A stretch of 64,000 bases of DNA from NCBI GenBank assembly GCA_963845065.1, contig CAWJQQ010000002.1, positions 192,001 through 256,000 of the forward strand. Direction: 5' to 3'. The DNA is from Nitrospirota bacterium (GTDB lineage: Bacteria; Nitrospirota; UBA9217). The notes under the pieces are model-generated. The model ran no database searches. It worked only from the letters and a program-made list of their open reading frames with translations, and had not been told where the DNA came from. Made by a program: the position numbers and the translations under genes. This document shows, one piece after another, positions 20,167 to 30,254 of this stretch. Positions within the stretch are counted from its first letter, which is position 1, and every line of letters starts with the position of its first letter.

Positions 20167-22265
20167 TGCACTCCCTCCTTCGTGGACGGAGTAGTTTCCA
20201 CAGGAGGTTGAGCAGGTACGGCCCGAGGAGGAATCGTAGACACAACATTCGACCTCAACTCCGATGCCGTCTTCTCAACTGCATTGACAGAGGTGGTATT
20301 TGTGGGAGCAGTAGCCACGGGCATCGGATTCTGTTCCGGCATGACGTTAACCGGAACGGTTGTCGCGGCGCCCGACTTCAACTCCAATGCAGGTGTACCG
20401 GCAGCCTTTACCGGGGTAGGAACTGGCACGGTTGTCACCGCACTCGACTTCAACTCAGTTCCTAATTTTCCATTTGCATTGGCCGGTGCGTTTGCTGCAG
20501 GCTGTTCAGTAGCTTTGCTTATTTTCGGCGGAATGATAGTTTCAGAGGCCTTTTTCTCAATGTGATATTCTTTACGGAAGTCTTCGAGGGATCCGTTCTT
20601 CCGCTTGGTCATTTCGGTTGCATCTTCCTCATTCTTGATGATATAGGGGGTAATAAAAATCATAAGGTCGGTCTTGGCGACACTCGACTGTTTAGACTTG
20701 AAAAACCAGCCAAGAATGGGGATATCGCCCAGGATCGGCACCTTTGACGTCGATGTGGTTACGTTATCTTGGACAAGGCCGCCGATGACCACAGTCTGAC
20801 GGTCCTTCACTACAACAGTCGTGCTTGCCGAACGTTTGCTGGTGGTGGGACCCGCCGCATTGTTACTCGTTGTAGCAATCACATCAGAAATTTCCTGCTT
20901 TACTTCAAGCCGCACGCTATCGTCAGAGGAAATTTGCGGCGTTAGGTCCAGTTTGATGCCTACATCCTCACGATTGATGGTATTGAACACGGCCGTGCTG
21001 CCGGTGGTCGCATTCTGGGTCTGGCCCGTAATGAACGGAACGTTCTCACCCACCATGATCTCGGCCTTCTGGTTGTCCATGGCCATGATGTTTGGCGTCG
21101 AGAGCACATTCACGTCGCCGTTGGTTTGGAGCGCGTGCAGGAGCGCGCCGACATTAAGGTACGTTGTGCCGTTATAGGTAAAGGTGCCCTTGATCACGCC
21201 TACAGCCAGGCCGCTAATAGCCGCCAGACCCGTCGGCCCACTCACAATCGCGGGCCCGATATCGCCGAAATTCGTACCACCGATTGTAGCCTGACTATTG
21301 CTATTGCTTTGATTGAACGACTGGAACTCGAACCCGATGTCGCTCGCCTTTGACAAGGACATCTCGACAATGGCGCACTCGACATAAACCTGGCGACGCT
21401 TGATGTCGAGCTTCTGGATCACGTCCTTCACGACTTCAAAATCACCCGGCGAGGCTACAATGATGAGCGCATTGGTGGCCTTGTCCGAGGTGATGTTGAC
21501 CGGTCCTTCCAGGATCGTGGCTGGCCCGGCCGGTTGTACGCCTCCGGCCGGCGGTGCGGGCAGTTTCGTTACGAGGGCCTGCATCAGCTTGGCCAATTCT
21601 TCTGAGTTTGCGTTCTTGAGGTAATAAACGTTGATCTTCCCCTTGCCTTCCGGCGCCACGACATCCATGATGTGAATGAGTCTTTCCAGCTTTCTGAGGT
21701 TAGAAACGGAATCAGTAATGATGACGGAACTCGTAACCGGATAAGCGATAATGTTGCCGTCTTTGCTGATAAGAGGCGTTATCGTGCGGACGATCTCCTG
21801 GGGGTTAACGAAGTTCAGCCTGATGAGCTTGGTCACGAAGCCTTCCCCCGCATCGTTGCCATCCTGGAATATCTTGAGCCCACTCTGGCGGGCCGACGCC
21901 GCGGGAATAATCCTGGTGACCATGCCGTCCTCGATTGCGGTGAAACCTTTGATCTCAAGGGCCGAAAGGAAGACTTGATATGCCTCATCCGGCGATATTT
22001 TGTTCGGCGTCATGATCGTTACCTTGCCGACCACGTGCTCATCGAGGAGGAAGTTTCTCTGTGTCAGTTCGCTCATGACCTTCACAAGGGCGCCGATGTC
22101 TATATTCGTAAAGTTCAGTGTAACGTAATTATCGCTGGCCTTGATTTCTTTGGTGCCGCTCGGTGCGGAACCGAGAGCAGAGGAAATCTGCGCTGCTTCT
22201 TGCGCGAATACCGCCGGCGCATTCACAAGCCCTATCACAAGCAGCAGGGCTGTTATTTTTTTCAC
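20163..22265 (-). CDS. gspD: T2SS secretin GspD
   Basis: N0 TLNF..IDI, VLSTPNI and KVPILGDIPILGWFF motifs; low-complexity C-terminal tail. Confidence 0.96.
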   Translation of the reverse strand: MKKITALLLVIGLVNAPAVFAQEAAQISSALGSAPSGTKEIKASDNYVTLNFTNIDIGALVKVMSELTQRNFLLDEHVVGKVTIMTPNKISPDEAYQVFLSALEIKGFTAIEDGMVTRIIPAASARQSGLKIFQDGNDAGEGFVTKLIRLNFVNPQEIVRTITPLISKDGNIIAYPVTSSVIITDSVSNLRKLERLIHIMDVVAPEGKGKINVYYLKNANSEELAKLMQALVTKLPAPPAGGVQPAGPATILEGPVNITSDKATNALIIVASPGDFEVVKDVIQKLDIKRRQVYVECAIVEMSLSKASDIGFEFQSFNQSNSNSQATIGGTNFGDIGPAIVSGPTGLAAISGLAVGVIKGTFTYNGTTYLNVGALLHALQTNGDVNVLSTPNIMAMDNQKAEIMVGENVPFITGQTQNATTGSTAVFNTINREDVGIKLDLTPQISSDDSVRLEVKQEISDVIATTSNNAAGPTTSKRSASTTVVVKDRQTVVIGGLVQDNVTTSTSKVPILGDIPILGWFFKSKQSSVAKTDLMIFITPYIIKNEEDATEMTKRKNGSLEDFRKEYHIEKKASETIIPPKISKATEQPAANAPANANGKLGTELKSSAVTTVPVPTPVKAAGTPALELKSGAATTVPVNVMPEQNPMPVATAPTNTTSVNAVEKTASELRSNVVSTIPPRAVPAQPPVETTPSTKEGVQ

Positions 22266-22410
22266 TCTTGTCCTCCCGCAGAAAGCTATTTGGGTAAAAT
22301 ATCGAAATCCAAATCACAAATCGAGCCCCTGTCCGTCCTCGCAGTAATTGCTCTATTTGTTGTGGGATTTGGGTCGAAGCTGAACGTTGATTGTTGAATC
22401 GTAGATCTGC

Positions 22411-23241
22411 TCATTGTATTTCGTAGTTCATTGTCTGGGCCTGGCCGCCCCTGAGCAGGTCGATTGATATGCTCCGTTCGTTCTGTAGCCCCTGGTAGAG
22501 CTGGAAGAACTTGCTCGGATCGTTAACGTCCTGCGAATTAACACGCTGGATGATGTCACCGTTCTGGAGCCCGATCTTCTCATATATGCTGCCGGGGACT
22601 ATCTCAGTGATCTTGAACCCTACAGTTTTCCCATTCTCCTGGTAAGGCAGTGCCCGTGCCTGGGTCAGGATCTGGCCCATATTTTGGGTGCTCGCGAGAA
22701 CTTCCTTTTGGTCAACAGCGAATTTCCCATTCGCAAGTCTCTTGACCCCTGGGCCGCCACCTGTCTGCATGGTGATTATCTTGGTGTCGTCGACGACTTC
22801 AACATCGACGATCACACCGTCGGACCTGCGGATGGAAACCTTGTCGTGTATGACCTTCACAATTGCCGATCCGTCGGGCATTTTCTGGTTAATGCGGTAA
22901 AAAGCCTGGCCGGTGGTGTCCTCAAGCACGGCCCCGGAGAACTGTTTACCTTCTATCGTGCCGATAAGTTTGTACGACACGGATGCAGCTGCGGCCGCAG
23001 CTGCAGGGTTAGTCGACGGGGCCTTACCATCGCCGAATAGCCCGCGATCCAGAATGGGCGCATAATCGCTCAATTCATGCATCGGTTGCAGAGCGGCATG
23101 TTCGCGTTCCATGGGTGTCGTGTAAGTCGGAGCTGCTTCAAGACTTCGTCCGATCATAGCGTCCACAGTATCGGCAAGAAAATATGCTGAAACCGTGAGG
23201 AGTGTTACAAGGACCAGCGTATACAGTGTTTTTTCTTTCAT
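22411..23241 (-). CDS. gspC: T2SS protein GspC with PDZ domain
   Basis: TM segment, HR domain (LIGT) and PDZ (IGLQNGDII). Confidence 0.9.
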   Translation of the reverse strand: MKEKTLYTLVLVTLLTVSAYFLADTVDAMIGRSLEAAPTYTTPMEREHAALQPMHELSDYAPILDRGLFGDGKAPSTNPAAAAAAASVSYKLIGTIEGKQFSGAVLEDTTGQAFYRINQKMPDGSAIVKVIHDKVSIRRSDGVIVDVEVVDDTKIITMQTGGGPGVKRLANGKFAVDQKEVLASTQNMGQILTQARALPYQENGKTVGFKITEIVPGSIYEKIGLQNGDIIQRVNSQDVNDPSKFFQLYQGLQNERSISIDLLRGGQAQTMNYEIQ

Positions 23242-23513
23242 GACTTAAGTAGTATACTATTCTCCCCCCCTGTAAAAACCACTGTCAATTATACTCTTAT
23301 ACAACTGCTATTGTCAATTATTAACAATTTGATAACGATAGTTTTGGCTCTTACTATCCAACCACCGTACCTTCCCAAAGCGATATCCCGAAGTCTTTAT
23401 GTTGTGCAAAGGCTCCGGCCATCTTATCCGTGATCCCGCGTCCGCGACGTACCTATAATGCAGGATAGCCTGGAGCAGCTACAATTCTAGCTTGCCGAAA
23501 CTTCATTGGCGAA

Positions 23514-23687
23514 TCAATCTTTTTGATTCTTCGTAAAAAAAACGAAGGCCATCGTCGGTCGTTTGGATGAGACGTGAGTGACGAACTGTATGCTCTCGTA
23601 AGCATATCCCTTCCCAGTCCATTCGTTCAGGATTCGCTCGATTTCTTCGTCAGTCACCACGCTCGTTTCAACGATCTTATAAATCAT
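23514..23687 (-). CDS. Small DUF4177-like protein (57 aa; not in the ORF track)
   Basis: Manual translation MIYKIVETSVVTDEEIERILNEWTGKGYAYESIQFV...AFVFFTK; YK...E..LNE....G pattern. Confidence 0.7.
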   Translation of the reverse strand: MIYKIVETSVVTDEEIERILNEWTGKGYAYESIQFVTHVSSKRPTMAFVFFTKNQKD

Positions 23688-23783
23688 GGCCTATTATAAA
23701 TGAGTGATCTGATTTTTTCAACGGCTATCAGGGACGAGTCAAATTCCTGTTGCTATTCATGCTCATCGGCAATATAATCTGGC

Positions 23784-24971
23784 ATGCCGAAACACAAAAA
23801 AGGCATTCACACCGGCTTGGACGAGATAGAAAAACGATGGCCGAAAGACCTGAAGGGTGCTCGCATCGGGCTGCTTGTCCATCCCGCCTCCGTAAACAGC
23901 AGGCTTGAGCATGCCATAACGGTTCTTCGGAGAGCTCGAAAATTTCAACTTGCAGTTCTCTTTGGTCCGCAGCATGGTATTTTCGGCCAGACCCAGGACA
24001 ACATGGTTGAGTGGGAGGGTTTTCGCGATGCGGCCACAGGCCTGCCGGTTTACAGTCTCTATGGCGCGACCCGGAAACCGGGGACCGAGATGCTCGAGAA
24101 TTTCGACGTTCTGGTGGTAGATATGCAGGATGTGGGCAGTCGATACTATACGTTTATCTGGACGTTGGAACTCTGCATGGAATCCTGCAACGAAGCAGGC
24201 AAATCCGTCGTCGTGCTCGACCGACCGAACCCCATCAATGGCCAGTCTGTTGAGGGACCGATGCTGAAAGCCGATTTTGCGTCCTTTGTGGGCTTGAAGC
24301 CGATTCCCGTGCGCCACGGCATGACCATCGGCGAGATAGGCTCATACCTCCAGGCTAGCTTTCATCCCGCCCTGGACTATCGTGTCATAGCCATGCAGGG
24401 TTGGAAAAGGAAGATGTGGTTTGACCACACGGGCCTTCCCTGGGTCATGCCGTCGCCTAACATGCCTACGCTCGATACCGCGCTCGTCTATCCCGGGATG
24501 TGTTTGTTCGAGGCCACCAACGTATCCGAAGGACGCGGTACGACGCATCCGTTTGAAATCTTCGGTGCTCCATTCATTCATCCCGAGACGATCGTGAACG
24601 TGCTCAAGGAATTCAAGCTGCCTGGCGTTGTTTTCAGGCCGCTTTCGTTCCAGCCCATGTTCCAGAAGCACACCGGCCTTCTCTGTGGCGGTGCGCAAAT
24701 ACACGTAACTGACCGGCAGAGGTTCAGGCCCTTTAAGACAGGTGTGGCGATCCTCAAAGCGATCCACAACACCTATCCGCGCGACTTCAAGTGGAACAAT
24801 CCACCCTACGAATATGAAGAGGTTAATCTTCCAATTGACATCCTGGCCGGCAGCGACCAGTTACGGAAGGACATCGAGTCATGGAAAGATCTCGAAGAAA
24901 TCGAAACATGGTGGAAGGATGAAGCTCGCACATTTGGGAAAATACGGAAGACCTTCTTACTGTATTCTTAG
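23784..24971 (+). CDS. namZ: Exo-beta-N-acetylmuramidase NamZ (DUF1343/YbbC family)
   Basis: FGPQHG, DMQDVGSRYYTF, LDRPNP, RHGMTIGE, PSPNMPT and SEGRGT motifs. Confidence 0.92.
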   Translation: MPKHKKGIHTGLDEIEKRWPKDLKGARIGLLVHPASVNSRLEHAITVLRRARKFQLAVLFGPQHGIFGQTQDNMVEWEGFRDAATGLPVYSLYGATRKPGTEMLENFDVLVVDMQDVGSRYYTFIWTLELCMESCNEAGKSVVVLDRPNPINGQSVEGPMLKADFASFVGLKPIPVRHGMTIGEIGSYLQASFHPALDYRVIAMQGWKRKMWFDHTGLPWVMPSPNMPTLDTALVYPGMCLFEATNVSEGRGTTHPFEIFGAPFIHPETIVNVLKEFKLPGVVFRPLSFQPMFQKHTGLLCGGAQIHVTDRQRFRPFKTGVAILKAIHNTYPRDFKWNNPPYEYEEVNLPIDILAGSDQLRKDIESWKDLEEIETWWKDEARTFGKIRKTFLLYS

Positions 24972-25215
24972 TTGCGACAATTCTTCAGCTGCTATTTTGA
25001 TTTCCTCTGCGCTACTATATATATGTGTCTATATACACTCTTGCTCAAAATAGTTTTATCTTGGTCAGCATTATTATGGTATAGCGAGCAGCTCTTCAAT
25101 CGAGAGCATTCCAAAACATAATAAAAGCGGCTATTAACGGCCCTGCGAGCGGCTTCTGTCAGGAGAACTAGCCGCCTGCGAATTCTGGAGTTTTGGACGG
25201 CAATGGTCAATATAT

Positions 25216-27186
25216 ATGTCTAAATTCCCCATCACTATTTTCCTACCCGCGGCCGGCCTGGGAGAGCGACTCAGACCGATAACTAACCACCTGCCCAAGC
25301 CTCTGCTCCCGATCATCGGCAGGCCCTTGATCGAAATCATCCTCGAAAAACTCACGGTAGTCTGCGGCGGGAGGATCGGTATCAACCTCCACTGGAAGCC
25401 AGAATTAATTCGGGAATGGGCGGCGGCGTCTCCATGGAAAAACCGCATCAAATTCTTTCCCGAAGACCCCATCCTCGGCACCGGCGGAGCCCTCAAAAAT
25501 GCCGAGGCATTCCTTGCCAGCGGTCCCTTCATAGTGCACAACTCCGATATCCTGCTGGACATCGATTTCACCAGGCTGATCGGGATCCATCTAAATTCGG
25601 GGAACATCGCCACACTCGTTACCCATAGACACCCGAAACTGAGCAACGTCGTGGTTGATGAGAACGACCTCGTGCTTGACGTGGAAAATCCGGGTGATTC
25701 CCGGCCTGATCCGTTCCGAATCGCGAAAAAAGTGGCGTATACCGGCGTTGCTGTGTACTCGCCGGAGATCCTGCACTTCCTTCCAGCCGGCGTGTCGCAC
25801 GCTACTGTCGCATGGACCGACGCGGCAAAAGCGGGACACCGGGTAAAGGCGCTGGATTTCACCGGCGCTCACTGGAATGATATCGGTACGCCTGCTTCCT
25901 ATGTCGCCGGGTTGTTTGACGCTTTGCTGCAGGATGGAGAAACCGTGTATGTTTCCCCGGACAGCCAATGCGAAAGGATCGGGATCGACGGTTATGTCGT
26001 TCTCGAAACGGGCAGCGAGGTCAAGGATAAAGCTCATCTCAGGAACTGTATCGTAATGCCCGGCGCTTCTGTGTCAGGCATTCACCAGAACCGGATCATT
26101 GGGCCGGACTATGCCCTGGATCTCAAGGAAACCGATATGCAGCCGTCGTTCCATGCCCGCGAGCAGAAGAAAGTTTCGCTGGCGGACCCGCTCTTTGCCT
26201 ACTACTTCGGCGTAACGGGGTTGCCGTTGGATGGAGAGCAAAATGATCAAGCCGACGCAGTACTTATCGGCCTTGGCGGATCGGACAGACGCTACTTCCG
26301 TGTGCGCAACGGAGAAAAGACCGCCGTCTTCATGGAGTGCAGGCCCGACGACGCAGATTTTGAGCGCCACCTCGTGTATACTAGTTTTTTCGAAGCACAT
26401 GCCGTACCGGTACCGGGACTTATTGCGGCTGATGATCGTGACAACCTTGCACTTTTTGAAGACCTCGGAGATACAAACCTCTATGCCTACCTGAAACTCC
26501 CGCATGACAACAACCATATCGATGACATCTACAGAAGCGTGCTTGACATTCTGGTTAACCTCCATACCTACGTCACCGAGCATGTAAAGGAATGCCTCGT
26601 GCTCCGATCTCGAATTTTTGATTACGATTATCTGCGATGGGAGACAAATTATTTTCTTGATCGCTTCGTCTCCGATTTGCGGAAGATAACAATCGATGGT
26701 CGAGCGACAATCGAGGCAGAATTGCACCGGCTTGCGCAAAAGACGGATGCATATCCAAAGGTGGTGATCCACCGCGACTTTCAGTGCCAGAACATAATGA
26801 TCACCCGCGGCGGCATCCCTCGTGTCATCGACTTTCAGGGTGCGCGTATGGCTCCCGCTGCCTACGATGTTGCATCCATCCTCTGGGACCCTTACCACAG
26901 ATTAGAAAATGGCGTACGCACCAGGCTATTCGATTATTATGTGAATGAAATGAAAAAAGCTTCAAAAGAATTCAACGAAAATATGTTTCTGAGCAGTTTG
27001 CTCCCCTGCCGCCTGCAGCGGCATATGCAGGCCCTGGGCGCTTACGGCTATCTTTCTGTTGTGAAGGGGAAAAAATATTTCCTCAAGCATATCCCGGAAG
27101 CGCTAAGGCTTCTCAAAGAGGAAACCGCAGCCGTAAGCAAAGAATATCCCGCATTGAACAGGCTGGTGAGCAGTCTGGCCGAATGA
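25216..27186 (+). CDS. Fused MurU-like nucleotidyltransferase / AmgK-like phosphotransferase
   Basis: N-terminal AAGLGERLRPIT..PKPL and GTGGAL; C-terminal GGSDRRYFR, EDLGD, HRDF..QN, IDFQGA and LQRHMQALG. Confidence 0.85.
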   Translation: MSKFPITIFLPAAGLGERLRPITNHLPKPLLPIIGRPLIEIILEKLTVVCGGRIGINLHWKPELIREWAAASPWKNRIKFFPEDPILGTGGALKNAEAFLASGPFIVHNSDILLDIDFTRLIGIHLNSGNIATLVTHRHPKLSNVVVDENDLVLDVENPGDSRPDPFRIAKKVAYTGVAVYSPEILHFLPAGVSHATVAWTDAAKAGHRVKALDFTGAHWNDIGTPASYVAGLFDALLQDGETVYVSPDSQCERIGIDGYVVLETGSEVKDKAHLRNCIVMPGASVSGIHQNRIIGPDYALDLKETDMQPSFHAREQKKVSLADPLFAYYFGVTGLPLDGEQNDQADAVLIGLGGSDRRYFRVRNGEKTAVFMECRPDDADFERHLVYTSFFEAHAVPVPGLIAADDRDNLALFEDLGDTNLYAYLKLPHDNNHIDDIYRSVLDILVNLHTYVTEHVKECLVLRSRIFDYDYLRWETNYFLDRFVSDLRKITIDGRATIEAELHRLAQKTDAYPKVVIHRDFQCQNIMITRGGIPRVIDFQGARMAPAAYDVASILWDPYHRLENGVRTRLFDYYVNEMKKASKEFNENMFLSSLLPCRLQRHMQALGAYGYLSVVKGKKYFLKHIPEALRLLKEETAAVSKEYPALNRLVSSLAE

Positions 27187-27189
27187 AGC

Positions 27190-27456
27190 CTAAACCGCGC
27201 CTTTTGCCTTGATCGCCCTCTCTATTGCCGCAATCTGCTCATTGATGCTCCGGCACTCTTCCTCATATTCATCTGTCATGTTCTGGGCCTTCTTGCCACC
27301 GATGTGCACGGATGTTTTCCCAAAGGTAAACGCGTGCATATCTTCAAGATCACAGAGGTTGTCCTTAAGCCGTTTGAGCTCGACGCTCAGCTGATCAATA
27401 GTCCTGTCATCATAGTTCTTATTCATTTTTTCATAACCTTCTTGCCAAAAAAACAC
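27190..27456 (-). CDS. Small helical hypothetical protein
   Basis: 88-aa ORF (start may be the later MNKNY), coiled-coil-like, co-oriented with the upstream gene. Confidence 0.6.
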   Translation of the reverse strand: MFFWQEGYEKMNKNYDDRTIDQLSVELKRLKDNLCDLEDMHAFTFGKTSVHIGGKKAQNMTDEYEEECRSINEQIAAIERAIKAKGAV

Positions 27457-27499
27457 CTAAACATGAGGGATTTTCCCCAATTTTTGCGATTTGATGATC

Positions 27500-28936
27500 T
27501 CATGATTGCGGGAAATATTTGTTCAGGCTTGCCAGATATTCAAGGGCTTCGGTGCGGGTTGTAAGCGAACCCACTGCTTGACGCTCTTTGATCTCTTCCA
27601 ATATATCACGGAATTGCGGCCCCGGCTTCAGGCCCAGCCTTATCAAATCGTTCCCGGTCACAAGCGGTGTAGCCTCCACCTTTAAAAACTTCGCGTAGTA
27701 GTAGTCGAGCACAGCAGCCATGGACTTCTCTGTGTCCATGAATCTCCCCTTCGACATGATCTCGTATGTTGCACGGGCATCGGCCTGCGCAAGGACTAAG
27801 CTCTCGGGCAGTGCATCACCGAGGTCACGACAGTAGCGATACAGCGCGTTCTTGCTCGGTCCGCCGGGAGTGGAGAGATTAAATAGCCTCATATGCTGTT
27901 TAATGATCCCGGTGACGAGCTTCTCCGTGTCCCGTGACAACCTGAGGCGCCTGCATACAAGGGCGGCTTTCTGCGAACCTAAGCTGTCATGGCCGCGAAA
28001 GTGTACGCGACCATCTGTATTTGTAAACGTGTCAGGCTTCGCCATGTCATGCAGCAGGCAGGAAAAGCGAAGTGCTGCCTTGCGTGGAACCAAATGCTCG
28101 GCGTTTTCTTCGAGGTGCATAAGCAGCGCTGTGGCGTGTTCCGGCGATATTCTTTGCAGATCATCGAGAACGCTGTCCACATATCCGGTTGTCTTGATCA
28201 CGTGAGTTAAGACATCATGGATACGGTACATCCCGGGCGCGAATCCCCGGAGCGGCTCAAGTTCCGGCAGAATCCGGGACAGCAGACCTAATGAATCTAG
28301 AAGTTGTAGATGTTTCACCGCGTTCCGCTCAGCAAGGATGAGAAAAAGCTCATCTCGAATTCGTTCCGGTGCAGGTTCTAAAATAAGTGTTGATCTCCTG
28401 CGAATATGTTCGGCTGTTCCCTCTTCAATAGTAAATCCAAGTGTCGCGACAAACCGAACTGCACGCAACAGCCTGAGCGGATCTTCATCTAGAGCACCTG
28501 GATGCGTTGCGCGGATCAGCTCATTTTTAACATCTTCCTTCCCTTGGAATAGGTCTATCAGACCGTCAAGAGACTTGTTTATGACGAATGCCCGCAAATC
28601 GAGCGCCATGGCATTCATGGTGAAGTCCCTCCGTCCAAGATCGGCATTCAGATCCGGGCCTTCGAAGTTTGTAAAATCAAACTGAATAAATCCGCCATCT
28701 GCTTGTTTTACGACGCGGGTACTCTTTCGCTCTTCATCGAGGAAGAAAAAACTGCCTGTGATCGAATCAGCAAATCGACGTGCAACGGATTCAGAACCAG
28801 AGGGCATCAGAACATCGATGTCCTTAATGTCTTGTTTGCCGAGCAGCAGGTCGCGGATTGAGCCGCCAACGAGGTAGATTTTCTGGGAAGTAAAAGGGAT
28901 GAGATGCGAAAGGTATGTCAGCGTCTGAGATAACAT
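27500..28936 (-). CDS. Class II tRNA nucleotidyltransferase with HD domain, probably CC-adding
   Basis: LVGGSIRD...DID, DLGRRDFTMN, EDPLRLLRAVRF and LLHD motifs; flexible loop missing. Confidence 0.85.
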   Translation of the reverse strand: MLSQTLTYLSHLIPFTSQKIYLVGGSIRDLLLGKQDIKDIDVLMPSGSESVARRFADSITGSFFFLDEERKSTRVVKQADGGFIQFDFTNFEGPDLNADLGRRDFTMNAMALDLRAFVINKSLDGLIDLFQGKEDVKNELIRATHPGALDEDPLRLLRAVRFVATLGFTIEEGTAEHIRRRSTLILEPAPERIRDELFLILAERNAVKHLQLLDSLGLLSRILPELEPLRGFAPGMYRIHDVLTHVIKTTGYVDSVLDDLQRISPEHATALLMHLEENAEHLVPRKAALRFSCLLHDMAKPDTFTNTDGRVHFRGHDSLGSQKAALVCRRLRLSRDTEKLVTGIIKQHMRLFNLSTPGGPSKNALYRYCRDLGDALPESLVLAQADARATYEIMSKGRFMDTEKSMAAVLDYYYAKFLKVEATPLVTGNDLIRLGLKPGPQFRDILEEIKERQAVGSLTTRTEALEYLASLNKYFPQS

Positions 28937-29059
28937 AATTTTGATCTATTATACCCGATTTTAGCGGCTTGTTCGAGATCCAACAAAACGCTTCAGGCAA
29001 TCCGATGAATGTAGTGGATATGGATTGTTCAGTACCTCCCATAGCCTCGGAAAAGACAA

Positions 29060-29311
29060 GGCGGCAAGCCGTTTCAGCGCTTCGCCGAGGCAAGGCATTA
29101 TATAGGTTGCGGCCAGCATCGAGCCGGATATCAAACATGCGAATTTCTTTTGTGTTGTTTTACGCTGAAACTCGTGGATAAAATAAGGTGTTCTTTGCTT
29201 CTTCCTGCCATGTGTAGCTATTATAGCACATGAATGAACATTTGTATAGTTTGCCCTAAGACCCGCTTTCATCCCTATGGCTAAAACCAGTGACTTTGCG
29301 CGGAGTTTTCG
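29060..29311 (-). pseudogene. Truncated IS605 remnant: left end, promoter and frameshifted tnpB 5' fragment
   Basis: Fragments TPYFIHEFQ, IRLDAGRNLYNA and CLGEALKRLAA match the TnpB N-terminus. Hairpin CACTGGTTTTAGCCATAGGGATGAAAGCGGG matches the left end at 2398-2448. Confidence 0.85.
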
Positions 29312-29326
29312 GCAATTCAAAGGTCT

Positions 29327-30244
29327 TTATTTGGTCAGTTTTGCAGTAAAGGCGGGAATGAACTGCATAACATCGGCCACCACCATCACGTCTGCTACTT
29401 CTCCGATGGGTGCGTCCTTATCCTTGTTTATGGCAACTATAAACTCAGAATTCTTCATGCCGGCCAAATGCTGGATGGCCCCAGAAATGCCACACGCCAC
29501 GTAGACCTTTGGCGCTACGGTCTGGCCTGTGGTTCCAACCTGGTGGCTATGCTCAAGCCATCCCGCATCTACCACCGGACGGCTTGCTCCGAGCTGTCCA
29601 CCAAGGGCCTTGGCCAGCGCAGCGATTGTTGCGACATTTTCTTTTTTGCCGACACCCCTGCCGGCGCTGACGATTACCTCTGCGCGCGATAAGTCCACTT
29701 CCTTTTTCTGTGCCGGCTCATAGCCAACGAATTCCAAAGCCGAACCAGCGTCGGCGAGTTCGACCTTTTCCACCTGTGGAACCCCCTGCGCTTCCCCCGT
29801 GAAGTTAAAGACCCCCGCTTGAATGGTGAGGACGGTCTTCTCCGTGTGAGAAATGACGGTGCGCCGCAGTTTGGCATTGCAGAGGCTGAGCTCATATTTC
29901 CCCTCGTTGATGCCGACGATTTCGGAAACTTGTCCAGCCTTGAGCGCCACGCCTACACGTGGGGCCAGGTCCCAACCGTAGGAGGAATGGACAAAGACGA
30001 CGCAGTCGGGGTTTTCCCGCTTGACTGCTTCAAGCACAATTTTCTTGTGCAGGTCCGGATTATATTCTCCGTATTTCGCGGCATCAGCAAAATAGAGCTT
30101 GCCATTGACCCTGGGGATTTCTGCTTCGCTCCCTATCAGAACCATGGCCCTATCAGCACCCAGCTTGTCGGCAAACGCTACGAGTTCATAGCTGGAAGCA
30201 AGAAGTTTCTTTTCACGGTATTCAAAAACCAGCAGTGCTTTCAT
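29327..30244 (-). CDS. etfA: Electron transfer flavoprotein alpha subunit
   Basis: [17 protein letters not shown] and [12 protein letters not shown] motifs. Confidence 0.96.
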   Translation of the reverse strand: MKALLVFEYREKKLLASSYELVAFADKLGADRAMVLIGSEAEIPRVNGKLYFADAAKYGEYNPDLHKKIVLEAVKRENPDCVVFVHSSYGWDLAPRVGVALKAGQVSEIVGINEGKYELSLCNAKLRRTVISHTEKTVLTIQAGVFNFTGEAQGVPQVEKVELADAGSALEFVGYEPAQKKEVDLSRAEVIVSAGRGVGKKENVATIAALAKALGGQLGASRPVVDAGWLEHSHQVGTTGQTVAPKVYVACGISGAIQHLAGMKNSEFIVAINKDKDAPIGEVADVMVVADVMQFIPAFTAKLTK

Positions 30245-30254
30245 GTCGATCCCC

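Noticed and set aside
28824..29320. ORFs of 104 and 119 aa
   Set aside because: They are frame fragments of the decayed tnpB remnant.
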